64,000 nucleotides of DNA from Candidatus Bathyarchaeia archaeon. Its GTDB lineage: Archaea > Thermoproteota > Bathyarchaeia > Bathyarchaeales > Bathycorpusculaceae. The notes below the pieces were generated by a model that saw nothing but the letters and a program-made list of their open reading frames with translations, was not told the origin of the DNA and ran no database searches. The translations under genes were made by a program, and so were the position numbers. The stretch is taken from NCBI GenBank assembly GCA_050015395.1, contig JBEKBM010000013.1, positions 17,970-81,969 on the forward strand, given 5' to 3'. Below, one piece after another: positions 48,318-58,518 of this stretch. Position 1 is the first letter of the stretch. Every line of letters starts with the position of its first letter.

Positions 48318-49373
48318 ATGTCTTTACATGAAGCTATGCTTTATGAAAAGCTGGATGAGAACAAAGTAAACTGTTGCTTATGTGCCCGTCGTTGTCTGAT
48401 AAGCGATGGAGCATCAGGCTTCTGTTTAGTAAGGAAAAATCAAGGTGGCGTACTTTACACGCTTAATTATGGGAAAGCCGTGTCAGCTGGCGTTGACCCC
48501 ATAAGCAAAAAGCCGCTGTCGCATTTTAACCCAGGAGCTTTAGTGATGTCCGTCGCGGCGGCTGGCTGCAATTTCCGCTGCCAATTCTGCGATAACTGGA
48601 TGATAAGCCAAGACCGTGAAGTTGCTGGCAGACCTTTTCCGCCAGAGGAGATTGTGAAGTCAGCTCTAAACAGTAATTGCCAAGGAATAAGCTACACTTA
48701 TACTGAGCCCACCATTTTCATGGAGTACGCTTACGATACGGCAAAGCTTGCGCATGAAGCAGGATTGTTTAACACTTTTGTCACTAATGGGTACATGACT
48801 CCTGAAGCCGTTAAGACTATTGCGCCTTTCTTGGATGCGGCAACTGTTGATTTTAAAGGCGGCGGCGACCCAGACTTCTACAAATCAGTTTCCGCAGTGC
48901 CGCACGTTGAAGCAATTTATGAAGCGCTAAAAGAACTCAAACTAAACGGTGTCCACCTAGAAATTACTGATCTAGTTGTTCCCAAAATTGGTGATTCAAT
49001 GGATAAAATAAAGCAAATGACTGCGTGGATCAGAGACTATCTAGGTAAGGATACACCGTTTCACCTGCTGCGTTTTCACCCAGATTATAAAATGACTACT
49101 ATACCAGCCACCACAGTCGAGGACATGGAGAGAGCGTACATGACTGCTAAACACGAAGGATTAAATTACGTTTACCTCGGCAATGTTCCTGGTCATCCGT
49201 TAGAAAACACTTACTGCCCAAACTGCAATGAAGCAATAATCAAAAGATACAGTTTCGACATAACCCAATGGAAACTGACCAGTGACATGCGGTGCCCTGT
49301 ATGTGGACAACAAATTCCGATAAAAGGCAAAGTATACCAGTCCAACTTGCGTTTTCCATACTCACTGTTTTAG
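48318..49373 (+). CDS. amrS: AmmeMemoRadiSam system radical SAM enzyme
   Basis: CCLCARRC, GCNFRCQFCDNW, YTYTEP, TNGY, GLNYVYLGN, CPNC. Confidence 0.9.
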   Translation: MSLHEAMLYEKLDENKVNCCLCARRCLISDGASGFCLVRKNQGGVLYTLNYGKAVSAGVDPISKKPLSHFNPGALVMSVAAAGCNFRCQFCDNWMISQDREVAGRPFPPEEIVKSALNSNCQGISYTYTEPTIFMEYAYDTAKLAHEAGLFNTFVTNGYMTPEAVKTIAPFLDAATVDFKGGGDPDFYKSVSAVPHVEAIYEALKELKLNGVHLEITDLVVPKIGDSMDKIKQMTAWIRDYLGKDTPFHLLRFHPDYKMTTIPATTVEDMERAYMTAKHEGLNYVYLGNVPGHPLENTYCPNCNEAIIKRYSFDITQWKLTSDMRCPVCGQQIPIKGKVYQSNLRFPYSLF

Positions 49374-49477
49374 CACCCATATTACCGCAAGGTAATTCCC
49401 GCTTAGGGCACGGTACTACAAAATTAAGCCTTTATTAAGCAAAACGGAAACTGTGCAGTTGTAAAAGTGCCTAATCA

Positions 49478-50323
49478 ATGACTAAGTATTATGCGTTGGC
49501 ATTAACTACCAGTTACTGGAAACCTAGCGACAACTATACCGACAAGGTAATCAGCGCTTTAGAAGGCAAAATCAGGAACGGAGATTTCGTTGTCGTTTCG
49601 GAAAAAGCAATTTCAACAGCAAAAGGCAACATAATAGATGAAAGCACTGTTAAACCAAGCTTGAATGCAAGGGTTATTGCGTGTTTTTGGATGCGAATTG
49701 TTTGGGGATATTGCCTTGGCGTATTATGCCATTTTGGACAACGATTGTTGCGCAGGTTAAGAGAGTACCCGTTGGAGTCTGGCAGTCGACATAAGCAAGT
49801 AGCGTTGCAATATGCGGGTTTTTTGCAGGCGCTGATGTTTGGGTCTGAAGGAGGAATCGACGGCTCCAACTTACCCTACTCATATGTAAGCTTGCCGTTG
49901 AACAATGCAGATGAAGTGGCACAGGAAATTCGGGAGAAGATATTTGTTAGTTTGAAAAGAAATGTTTGTGTAATAATTGCTGACACTGATAAAACTTACA
50001 AGTTCAGGAATTTCTTTTTTACTCCAAGACCAAAACCAATGAAAGGCATACATTCCTTCGGAGGATACACCACGTACATCATAGGCAGAATGCTTAAACT
50101 CAAAAAAAGTTCAACCCCATTAACGGTTGCAGGCTGCAATCCTCAAGCTAGCGAAGCATTAAAAATCACCAACATAGCCGACAAAGCCAGAGGACCCGGT
50201 TCAGGCGCTACGGTTTGGGATATGGCGGCGAGGTTTCAAGTGGAAGTTAACGGCGTAAGCTGGGAAATGCTGTCTAAAATCAGGCATAAACCATTAGTCA
50301 TCGTTAGAAGAAATATACGTTAA
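49478..50323 (+). CDS. Coenzyme F420:gamma-glutamyl ligase-like (CofE-related) protein
   Basis: GDFVVVSEKAIS, GGIDGSN, VIIADTD, KPLVIVR. Confidence 0.75.
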   Translation: MTKYYALALTTSYWKPSDNYTDKVISALEGKIRNGDFVVVSEKAISTAKGNIIDESTVKPSLNARVIACFWMRIVWGYCLGVLCHFGQRLLRRLREYPLESGSRHKQVALQYAGFLQALMFGSEGGIDGSNLPYSYVSLPLNNADEVAQEIREKIFVSLKRNVCVIIADTDKTYKFRNFFFTPRPKPMKGIHSFGGYTTYIIGRMLKLKKSSTPLTVAGCNPQASEALKITNIADKARGPGSGATVWDMAARFQVEVNGVSWEMLSKIRHKPLVIVRRNIR

Positions 50324-50432
50324 GGTTAATACAGAAGAAACAAATAATCATTTAATTAAAAAAGAACTTTTTTGAAGGGTAACACATAAAAATAAGACTT
50401 CGAAGGCACATAGCTGAACAGGTGAATTAGGT

Positions 50433-51935
50433 ATGGAAGAAGCATTAAAGAAAATGGACGCGTTCTTTAATCCTCGTTCAGTTGCAATAATCGGAGCCAC
50501 GAAGAAAGTTGATAAAGCAGGGCACGTAATTTTCAAAAATTTTTCAACAAACAAGATGCGTGGAGTTTTCAAGGGTGAACTCTACCCTGTTAATCCAAAT
50601 GAAGATTCAATTTTAGGCTTCAAATGTTATCCATCTATAACTCACATTCCTGATGAAGTGGATTTAATTGTAGTTATTGTTCCAGCGAACGTTGTGCCAA
50701 GCATTATGGAGGAAGCGGTCACTAAAAAAGTCAAAGCCGCCATCATAATTAGCGCAGGCTTCAGAGAAGTTGGAAACACTGAACTAGAAGAGCAAGTGGT
50801 GGCTGCAGGTAAAAAAGGAGGAATACGCATTTTAGGACCCAACTGCCTAGGGGTTTACTATTCAAAAACAGGTATTGATACTCTGTTTCTTCCCGAAACA
50901 AAAGTTCTCACAACCGGAGAGGAAATTGTAGCAACGCCAAGGCCAATGCCAGGCAACATAGCCATGGTCACTCAGAGCGGAGCCTTTGGTGCAGCTGCTT
51001 TAGACTATTTGACTGGGCGCCAGATGGGCGTTAGCAAATTCGTAAGTTTCGGTAACAAATGTGACGTAAACGAGTCAGACATACTTCAGTACTTGCTTCA
51101 TGATAAAGAAACCAAAGTCATGCTTGTCTATTTAGAAGACATTAAAGATGGAAGAGAATTCCTAAAAATAGTCAAAAAAGTAACAGTCAAAAAACCCGTC
51201 GTAGTCATAAAGTCTGGCAAAAGCGCTGCGGGTGCAAGAGCCGCTGCCTCACACACAGGCGCCATTGCAGGGTCAGATAAAATTTACGATGCTGCCTTTG
51301 AGCAGGGGGGAGTCATAAGGGCAAGAGACATGGAGGAATTTTTTGATCTTGGAAAAGCATTAGCTATGCAGCCGCCGGCTTTGGATAAAAATGTTGGCAT
51401 ACTTACTGATGCAGGTGGACCCGGCGTTATGACCGTTGATGAATGTGAACTTTTAGGTCTAACAGTAGACCGCTTTTCTGAGGAGACAGAGCGGAAATTC
51501 CAAGAACTCAAAGACAAAAATGTCATTTTGAAGATTGCTGCTACGTCAAACCCAGTTGACCTCACTGGTTCAGTGACTGATGACATGTTCGAGATTTCCG
51601 CTGACATAATGTTTCAAGACCCGCAAATCTATGGCATAATTCTGCTTGGGCTACATCACATGCCAGGATTAAAAGAGAAATACATTGACGGCATTGTGAA
51701 AATCGCATCCAAATATAGCAAGCCCATAGTGATGTGCGACATTGGCGAAACAGAAATGGCACTCTATACACGTTCAAGGTTTGACAGACTCTGTGTGCCT
51801 TCTTTTACTTCGCCTGAGGATGCCGCGCGAGCCATGAAAGCCCTGGTAACCTACGGCTCATACCTGATAAAAAACAATTGCGTAGAGGAATACATTGCAC
51901 AAATTAAGAAAGCAACATGCAACCCTACACGTTGA
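50433..51935 (+). CDS. acdA: ADP-forming acetate/acyl--CoA ligase alpha subunit
   Basis: FFNPRSVAIIGA, GPNCLG, TQSGA, AAASHTGA (phospho-His), NPVDLTG. Confidence 0.92.
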   Translation: MEEALKKMDAFFNPRSVAIIGATKKVDKAGHVIFKNFSTNKMRGVFKGELYPVNPNEDSILGFKCYPSITHIPDEVDLIVVIVPANVVPSIMEEAVTKKVKAAIIISAGFREVGNTELEEQVVAAGKKGGIRILGPNCLGVYYSKTGIDTLFLPETKVLTTGEEIVATPRPMPGNIAMVTQSGAFGAAALDYLTGRQMGVSKFVSFGNKCDVNESDILQYLLHDKETKVMLVYLEDIKDGREFLKIVKKVTVKKPVVVIKSGKSAAGARAAASHTGAIAGSDKIYDAAFEQGGVIRARDMEEFFDLGKALAMQPPALDKNVGILTDAGGPGVMTVDECELLGLTVDRFSEETERKFQELKDKNVILKIAATSNPVDLTGSVTDDMFEISADIMFQDPQIYGIILLGLHHMPGLKEKYIDGIVKIASKYSKPIVMCDIGETEMALYTRSRFDRLCVPSFTSPEDAARAMKALVTYGSYLIKNNCVEEYIAQIKKATCNPTR

Positions 51936-52311
51936 AGGTGACAGTTACTTCGCTGCCGTCTGTTATTTTGAGGCGTTCACGTAAATACCATGGAGCAATA
52001 ACCTCTACAATGTCGCTTGGATAATTGGGAATCTGTGGAATAATAATTGCACATTCTAAACTGTCAATGTGTGCTTTGATTAGTTTGCCGGTGCAGTAAC
52101 CTTTTGCGGGGTAAACCTCTAGCTGTTTAGCGTTTTCAAGCAGTTTTTTTTGCTTCACGCTCTCTTTTGTAAGGCGGATATTTAATGTTCCAGAGTAAGG
52201 AGTAAAACCAAGCTTTTCTTGTATCTGCCGTTTAACCCATGGTAAATCAATAAACTTTCGTCCTTCACCGGTACCAGAAAAAACTGTGCCCTTGAATACT
52301 ATTTCACTCAA
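51925..52311 (-). CDS. ribK: CTP-dependent riboflavin kinase
   Basis: GTVFSGTGEGRKF, LGFTPYSGTLN, EVIAPWYLRERL. Confidence 0.9.
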   Translation of the reverse strand: MSEIVFKGTVFSGTGEGRKFIDLPWVKRQIQEKLGFTPYSGTLNIRLTKESVKQKKLLENAKQLEVYPAKGYCTGKLIKAHIDSLECAIIIPQIPNYPSDIVEVIAPWYLRERLKITDGSEVTVTFNV

Positions 52312-52332
52312 AAAGCAGCCTTCGAGGCAGGC

Positions 52333-52704
52333 TTATTGTTTTTGTTCTTTTAGCCATTGGGCAACTTTTCTAAGAATAGGATCAGATGATATGTCAACTA
52401 CTGGCACAATCATTTTTTCTTTAGTTTCAATAACCTGCGCATATTTTGGCATCAACGCGTAACCAACGAAGGTCCAGTAAACTTTGCCGTCCTCCAACAG
52501 GGCTTTAGCCACCACGGCTGTTGAAGCAGGTAACGGAAAATACAAGAAGACAACACCCTCAACCCAGTATAACCCAGCTAGTTTGCCGCCTGCAATCACA
52601 GAGGTAAATCTTGCCATGTCTTCAGGCGTGCTAAAAAAAGTTTTTTCCATTATAACAATTTGCTTGAAGGGACAATATGTGACGGCGACTTCAGTTTTGC
52701 TCAT
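52333..52704 (-). CDS. Conserved hypothetical protein (TACK-type)
   Basis: LYWVEGVVF...MPKY...VPVVD; co-oriented with ribK. Confidence 0.7.
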   Translation of the reverse strand: MSKTEVAVTYCPFKQIVIMEKTFFSTPEDMARFTSVIAGGKLAGLYWVEGVVFLYFPLPASTAVVAKALLEDGKVYWTFVGYALMPKYAQVIETKEKMIVPVVDISSDPILRKVAQWLKEQKQ

Positions 52705-52857
52705 TGACCTTTCACTTCGACTGGTTAGCTAGTGTGTTGGCGGTTCCCTTTTAATCTTGCCATAAGATTGTGTTCTATCTAAAAATTGAGAAAAAGTTAT
52801 AGAGTAGACGAACATTAAGCCTTCTCTAACAATATAATCTTGGATGGTTACCGTTCC

Positions 52858-53937
52858 ATGCCTGAAATACGTGTAGCACTTGTAGGCGTTGGCAACAGCG
52901 CATCAGCCCTGATTCAGGGAACCCAATACTATAAAGACGCTAAAGAAAACACCACTGTACCTGGGCTAATGCACGTAAACTATGGCGGTTACCACATTAG
53001 GGATATACGGTTTGTTGCCGCTTTTGAAGTTAATAAGGATAAGATTGGCAAAGACCTCTCTGAAGCCATATTCACCAAGCCGAACTGCTGCGTAAAATTC
53101 GCTGACGTGCCAAATCTAGGAGTGAAAGTTTCTCCAGCACCAATCTTGGACGGCGTAGCGCCCCATATGCGAGAAACCTTTAACGTTTACGACGACAGCA
53201 AAACGGATAAGGCAAGTGTCGTTAAAATTCTCAAAGAAGCAAAAGCTCACGTGCTCGTATGTTATTTGCCTGTGGGAAGCCATGATGCAGCGCGTTTCTA
53301 CGCTCAAGCAGCCATCGATGCAGGATGCGCCTTTGTGAACTGCATGCCCGAATTCATAGGGTCCAATCCTGAAGAAAGCATAAAGTTTGAGAAGGCTGGT
53401 TTGCCCGTGCTTGGCGACGACATTAAAAGTCAAGTTGGCGCTACTATATTGCACCGGAACCTTGTGCGCCTCTGCTTGGACCGCGGCGTCATCATTGATG
53501 AAACTTACCAGCTGAATCTTGGCGGAGACACGGACTTCCAGAACATGACCGTCGAAAATCGCCTCAAATCAAAACGCATCAGCAAAACCGAAGCCGTCAC
53601 AAGCCTTGTCCCATACACGTTGCCAACAAGGATTGGTCCCTCAGATTACGTGCCTTTCTTGAAGAACAAGAAAATCTGTTACATCTCACTCAAAGGACGC
53701 AAGTTCGGCGACCGCCCCATAAACATCAGCGTCAAACTTGAAGTGGAAGATTCCCCAAACAGTGCAGGTGTAGTTATTGATTTGATTCGTGCAGCAAAAA
53801 TAGCGTTGGACCGCAAAATAGCGGGCGCCCTGTTAAGTATGCCATCTTATGCGTTTAAGCATCCGCCGATTCAGGTACCGGACTCGCAGGCTATGCAATG
53901 GACGGAAGATTGGATAGCGGGCAAACGGGAACGCTAA
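52858..53937 (+). CDS. ino1: myo-inositol-1-phosphate synthase
   Basis: GVGNSAS, YLPVGS, GDDIKSQVGATI, YQLNLGG, DSPNSAG. Confidence 0.95.
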   Translation: MPEIRVALVGVGNSASALIQGTQYYKDAKENTTVPGLMHVNYGGYHIRDIRFVAAFEVNKDKIGKDLSEAIFTKPNCCVKFADVPNLGVKVSPAPILDGVAPHMRETFNVYDDSKTDKASVVKILKEAKAHVLVCYLPVGSHDAARFYAQAAIDAGCAFVNCMPEFIGSNPEESIKFEKAGLPVLGDDIKSQVGATILHRNLVRLCLDRGVIIDETYQLNLGGDTDFQNMTVENRLKSKRISKTEAVTSLVPYTLPTRIGPSDYVPFLKNKKICYISLKGRKFGDRPINISVKLEVEDSPNSAGVVIDLIRAAKIALDRKIAGALLSMPSYAFKHPPIQVPDSQAMQWTEDWIAGKRER

Positions 53938-54019
53938 ACTCCCCTTTCTCTTTTGTGAAAGCTTTTTTAAGCTTGAAAGCTAAACTGGATACCTATCAGT
54001 ATTCAGAAGGTTAAAGTGC

Positions 54020-54436
54020 ATGGTAAAAGTTGAATCATATGAAGTGCCTGAAGGCCTCTATTATTCTAAAGATTTTGAATGGATAAAAATTGAAGGAGAC
54101 AAAATTCGAATGGGAATAACTGACTACGCGCAGAAGTCGCTAAGAGAAATCGTTTACGCTGAACTGCCCAGTGTTGGAACAGTTGTGAAGCAAGGTGAGC
54201 CGTATGGAACATTGGAGTCTGTTAAGGCGGTATCAGACTTGATTGCAGCCGTAAGCGGGACAATCGAGGAAGTAAACGATGAAGTCCAATCGAAACCTGA
54301 AACATTAAACGAGGACCCATACGTGAAAGGCTGGTTAATCGTTGTTAAAGCTTCAAACTTACAGGCTGAACTCGCTAACCTTATGGACTTCAACAAAGCT
54401 GTTGAGTGGCATAAAGCTCAAGCCCAATCCAAATAG
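54020..54436 (+). CDS. gcvH: Glycine cleavage system H protein (lipoyl carrier)
   Basis: GITDYAQ, ESVKAVSD (lipoyl-Lys), NEDPYVKGW. Confidence 0.94.
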   Translation: MVKVESYEVPEGLYYSKDFEWIKIEGDKIRMGITDYAQKSLREIVYAELPSVGTVVKQGEPYGTLESVKAVSDLIAAVSGTIEEVNDEVQSKPETLNEDPYVKGWLIVVKASNLQAELANLMDFNKAVEWHKAQAQSK

Positions 54437-54453
54437 GTAGAAGGCAGAGTTGG

Positions 54454-55800
54454 ATGGCTAGGCGTATTATTGTTATTGGGGCTAACGCGGCAGGCGTTGA
54501 AGCAGCCTCTGCTGCACGCAAAAAAGACCGAACAGCCGAAATCACGTTGGTTACTCAGGAGAAGAATGCTGGTTACTCACGCTGTGGATTGCCGTTTGTT
54601 ATTGGCGGGCAAATTCCAAGTTTTCACGATTTGATTGTTTACCCACCAGCATATTTTCAAATGTTAAAGTTGAATTTGCGTAACGAAACAAAAGCCACTG
54701 CGATTAACACTAAAGAGAAAACTGTCACAGTTGTTGACAAGGCAGGAGCCACCGAGGTTCTGCCATACGACAGCTTGGTGATTGCTACTGGCGCTGACTC
54801 TTTTACACCTCCGATTAAGGGCAGAGAAAAACCTGGAGTCCTAAGCCTCCGCGGTATAGAAGACGGCGAGAAGATTGATGCTGCAGTTAAAGCTGGTGCG
54901 AAATCAGCTGTTATTATGGGTGCTGGCTTAATCGGGTTGGAAGTGGGCGTCGGCTTGATAGAGAAAGGTTTGAAAGTTACCGTGGTGGAAATGTTGCCGC
55001 AGATTCTGCCGCAGTTGCTTGACGCGGACATGGCGAAACTTGTCCAAGAGCATCTGGAGGAGAAGGGCATGCGCATACTAATCAGCAAAGGCGTTGAAGA
55101 ATTCCTCGGAGACGGCAAAGTCACAGCAATCATGGCTGGCGGAGAAAAAATCGAGGCTGACTTGTTCATTAGCGCTTTTGGAGTACGAGCTAACACTAAA
55201 CTCGCGGTTGACGCCGGCATACCGTTAGGTGAGACACGTGCTATAAAGACGAATTCGCGCATGGAAACTGACGTGAGAGACGTTTACGCCGTTGGCGATT
55301 GCGCTGAAGCACCAAACATCATCACTCATCGACCCATGTGCGCTCAACTTGGCACTATCGCGGTTAGGCAGGGCAAAGTTGCGGGAGCAAACGCTGGAGG
55401 CGATTACTCGCAGTTCACAGGCGTTTTAGCTTCGGCTGTCACTCGGCTGTTTGAGATTGAAGCAGGCAACACAGGATTGACTGAAACCTCTGCAGTGCGC
55501 AACCGCATCGAAGTCGTAACTGGAGCCATAACTAGCAAGACCAAGGCAGATTACTTCCCAGGCGCCAAACCCATCAAAATCAAACTCGTCGTCGAGAAAG
55601 AATCCCAACGCATCATAGGCGGCCAAGTCGTAGGCGGAGAAGAAGTTACCCAACGCATAAACTGCCTCAGCTTCGCCATCCAGAAAGGCATGACCGTACG
55701 GGAACTATCCAAAGCAGACACCGCTTACGCGCCACCGCTCTGCGAAACTTGGGAACCCATGGTTCTAGCCGCAGAAATGGTCCTCATGAAACTGCGTTAA
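54454..55800 (+). CDS. FAD-dependent NADH oxidase / CoA-disulfide reductase family protein
   Basis: GANAAG, YSRCGLP (single redox Cys), GAGLIG, YAVGDC, AYAPP. Confidence 0.9.
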   Translation: MARRIIVIGANAAGVEAASAARKKDRTAEITLVTQEKNAGYSRCGLPFVIGGQIPSFHDLIVYPPAYFQMLKLNLRNETKATAINTKEKTVTVVDKAGATEVLPYDSLVIATGADSFTPPIKGREKPGVLSLRGIEDGEKIDAAVKAGAKSAVIMGAGLIGLEVGVGLIEKGLKVTVVEMLPQILPQLLDADMAKLVQEHLEEKGMRILISKGVEEFLGDGKVTAIMAGGEKIEADLFISAFGVRANTKLAVDAGIPLGETRAIKTNSRMETDVRDVYAVGDCAEAPNIITHRPMCAQLGTIAVRQGKVAGANAGGDYSQFTGVLASAVTRLFEIEAGNTGLTETSAVRNRIEVVTGAITSKTKADYFPGAKPIKIKLVVEKESQRIIGGQVVGGEEVTQRINCLSFAIQKGMTVRELSKADTAYAPPLCETWEPMVLAAEMVLMKLR

Positions 55801-55890
55801 ACATGCTTATTTCTTTTCTTTATCCCTTTTCACTACATATTTTTTACGCCGAAATTATTTTGAAAAAAACGAATTGATCATTAATTTCCG

Positions 55891-57030
55891 TTAGTAAACA
55901 TTAAGACTATTTTCATCACTATATTTATCAAATAACTTTAGTAGTCTTTTAAAGATATTTTCTGCTGCTTCAGGGGTTTTTGAAATTGGCTCGTTTAAAA
56001 TAGATATAATCAAATCCTTTAATTCTGAATAACCGTGCATGGAATAGTGAGGGTATACTAGTTTAAGATTGTCGCTTACCTTTCTCTTAAGTTGTGGATC
56101 CTCTAGAACTTGTTTATACCATAACTCTTCAGCATATGTCCATGTTACAGATAACATGCTTGAAAGTTTGATAGGGTCCCGTAAACTTTCCCATTGTTTT
56201 AGGGAGTAAGGGACTGGAGATACTTCGCTGAAATATATTGAAACTCGATCAACTTCATCCGTTAAAAGCGGTGTAATATTTTCGCTTTTTGCAACCTTTT
56301 CTAATTGAATGTCCTCGGCTAGTTGCGCTGCCATCACTTGTTCAAACGACAAAGCTTTTCGTGTGGTAAGCTTATCAGTAATTCCTAGTTTTGCTCTATG
56401 AGTTAAAAAAGCATGACAGGTTTCATGGTCTATAACGGTTGAAAAGACTTTTTTTTCGACCTCTTTAAGAGCTGGGATTCTGCTGAACAGGAAAACAAGT
56501 TCACCCTTTGGATTGTGGAAATGCTCAAAACCACGATTATTTTCGGTGAACGTAATCAAAACTACTTGAATGCTTAAATCGGGCAGCTTTTCAACGCCTA
56601 ACTTTGGAAGCAGAATGCCTATTTTGTTTTTAATGATTTGTTCATATTCTTCGCCCATGTGATTTATTAAGCGAGAGCCAAACAAATTCCGAAATTCAAA
56701 GAAGCCTATTGCGCACGAAGGACACAGTGAGAGACGCTCAAAAGGAAGAACGACGTGGGAATGTTCATTACAAACAGAACATACCTGCCTCCCAACGTCG
56801 CCATGATCAAATTGGTTGATGTGATTACGCAATTCCTCTTTTGATCTAAATTTCCTGCCGCAATCACAGATGAAATCGATTATAGCACTTGCCTTCTGAT
56901 TTAACATACGGTCAGTTTTAGCCATTTGCGTGTGCTGTCCCTTATGCTGTAGAACATGTTCCAAGTACAACTTACTAGGAATGCTTCTATGGCAACGTGG
57001 ACAAGTTAATTTTCGGTCATTTTTTGTCAT
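55891..57030 (-). CDS. C2H2/C4 zinc-finger protein with HExxH metallopeptidase domain
   Basis: CPRC...HVLQH, CDCGRKF...HINQFDH, CSVC...CPSC, then IDHETCHAFL...LAEDIQLE. Confidence 0.72.
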   Translation of the reverse strand: MTKNDRKLTCPRCHRSIPSKLYLEHVLQHKGQHTQMAKTDRMLNQKASAIIDFICDCGRKFRSKEELRNHINQFDHGDVGRQVCSVCNEHSHVVLPFERLSLCPSCAIGFFEFRNLFGSRLINHMGEEYEQIIKNKIGILLPKLGVEKLPDLSIQVVLITFTENNRGFEHFHNPKGELVFLFSRIPALKEVEKKVFSTVIDHETCHAFLTHRAKLGITDKLTTRKALSFEQVMAAQLAEDIQLEKVAKSENITPLLTDEVDRVSIYFSEVSPVPYSLKQWESLRDPIKLSSMLSVTWTYAEELWYKQVLEDPQLKRKVSDNLKLVYPHYSMHGYSELKDLIISILNEPISKTPEAAENIFKRLLKLFDKYSDENSLNVY

Positions 57031-57177
57031 GTTACCAAACAGGCAAGTGATGTATATGAGAAGAAGTATTAAATTTTTTTTTATTTCTCATATGCAAACC
57101 GTTAACTTTAGTTTCAAACAAGTAAGCGAACAATGAAAGTCTTTTAAGCAAAATCAACCATACTTACAGTTCGGTCT

Positions 57178-58516
57178 ATGTTTAGATGAGGGAATTACTA
57201 CGCCCTTAAAATTTCATAATAATGCTATTTGTTTAAGTGGTCTTGCTGGAACTAAAGTAAAATGTGACGTTATAGGGAAATATTATCCATTCTGGTGGGG
57301 CATTACTTCGGGTGGTCCAAGAGCAAATAACAGATTTCCAACATCAATTATTGAACTGAATGCAGCTTCTGGCGAAGTGTATATTGAAGATACAAAAGAA
57401 ACCGTGTTAGGATCTGCAGGACATGCATTGGAACTTAAAACAAAAACACAGAATACCGCTAACCTAAAAGTAATCTTAATAGAAAATAATCCTGAATGCT
57501 ATCATAATTTACGGGAGGTCATAAAACGCAGATGGCCTACGATAAACTTGAAGGAGGCAGAAGGCGCTGTCGAGTCAAATACAAGCGGAATCTATTTAAT
57601 TAATAAGAATCTTGAAGAGGCATTAACCGATATCGATAGTCTCTACTTGGGCAATTCGTTATATTTCTTTGATCCTTTGAGAAGTGTCGAATATAAAACT
57701 ATTAGCGAAGTTGCAAGTAAGAGAATGCGTACTCCCTTTAAAACAGGAACGGAATTTTTTATTTTTAGTTTTACTTCCGATTGGTTTTTGGGGCGAGATG
57801 ATATCCCACCGTTGCCTACTACCACTGATAAAGATTTATGGTCTATTCAAGAGACCAGAACTGTGCAACAGGCGGACGAACTTTTTGGAAGTAACCAGTG
57901 GCGCAAAAGCATACTTGTCGGTAGTGTCTCAATAAAGGAGAGCGAAAGGCTCTTCATTCGATTGTATAAAAATAGGCTACATAGATGGTTTAGGTACATT
58001 CTTCCTCTCCCTTTCAATCCTAAGAACCAGCAGTTATTCCATCTTATATTATGCTCTAATTACGAAGCTGGTGTCAGAAGAACAAGAGATGCATACTCAT
58101 CGATAACTGGCAATCCTAAATATTCACCTAGTAACGAAGAGGCCTTACTGAAGTTCAGAAAGTTGCACCCTACACTATTCTTAGGTATAATCGGAAATAG
58201 ACGCCCTCTAGAATGGCGAATTCTTTGGAAAATAATAAAACAGCATGAAGGGAGTCTTTGTGATTATAGATGTAACGACTTAATCAGAGAAGAGACCGAT
58301 AAGGAGTTAAGAGTAAAAGCTCTCCATTGGCTGTTAGCTAACGATTACCTTAAACTTGTCAAGATAGACAATGCATGGGAGCATCAAATGCGAAGATACC
58401 GAATTAAATGGAGCACCGTAAAATCTAACTTAGAGATTGAACCGCCACCAAAATTGCGTCCAATATCTCCACAACAGCTAAAATTAACCAAGCTACAAAC
58501 TGTGGAAGAAGATTAA
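57178..58516 (+). CDS. TcmP-like (three-Cys-motif partner, methyltransferase fold, C-terminal wHTH) protein with an anomalous start
   Basis: The frame is open upstream of GTG 57377: TKVKCDVIGKYYPFW...IIELNAASGE...GSA...ILIENN...YFFDPL...LFGSNQW...FHLILCSN. The ATG at 57178 is 1 nt out of frame. Confidence 0.75.
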
Positions 58517-58518
58517 AA

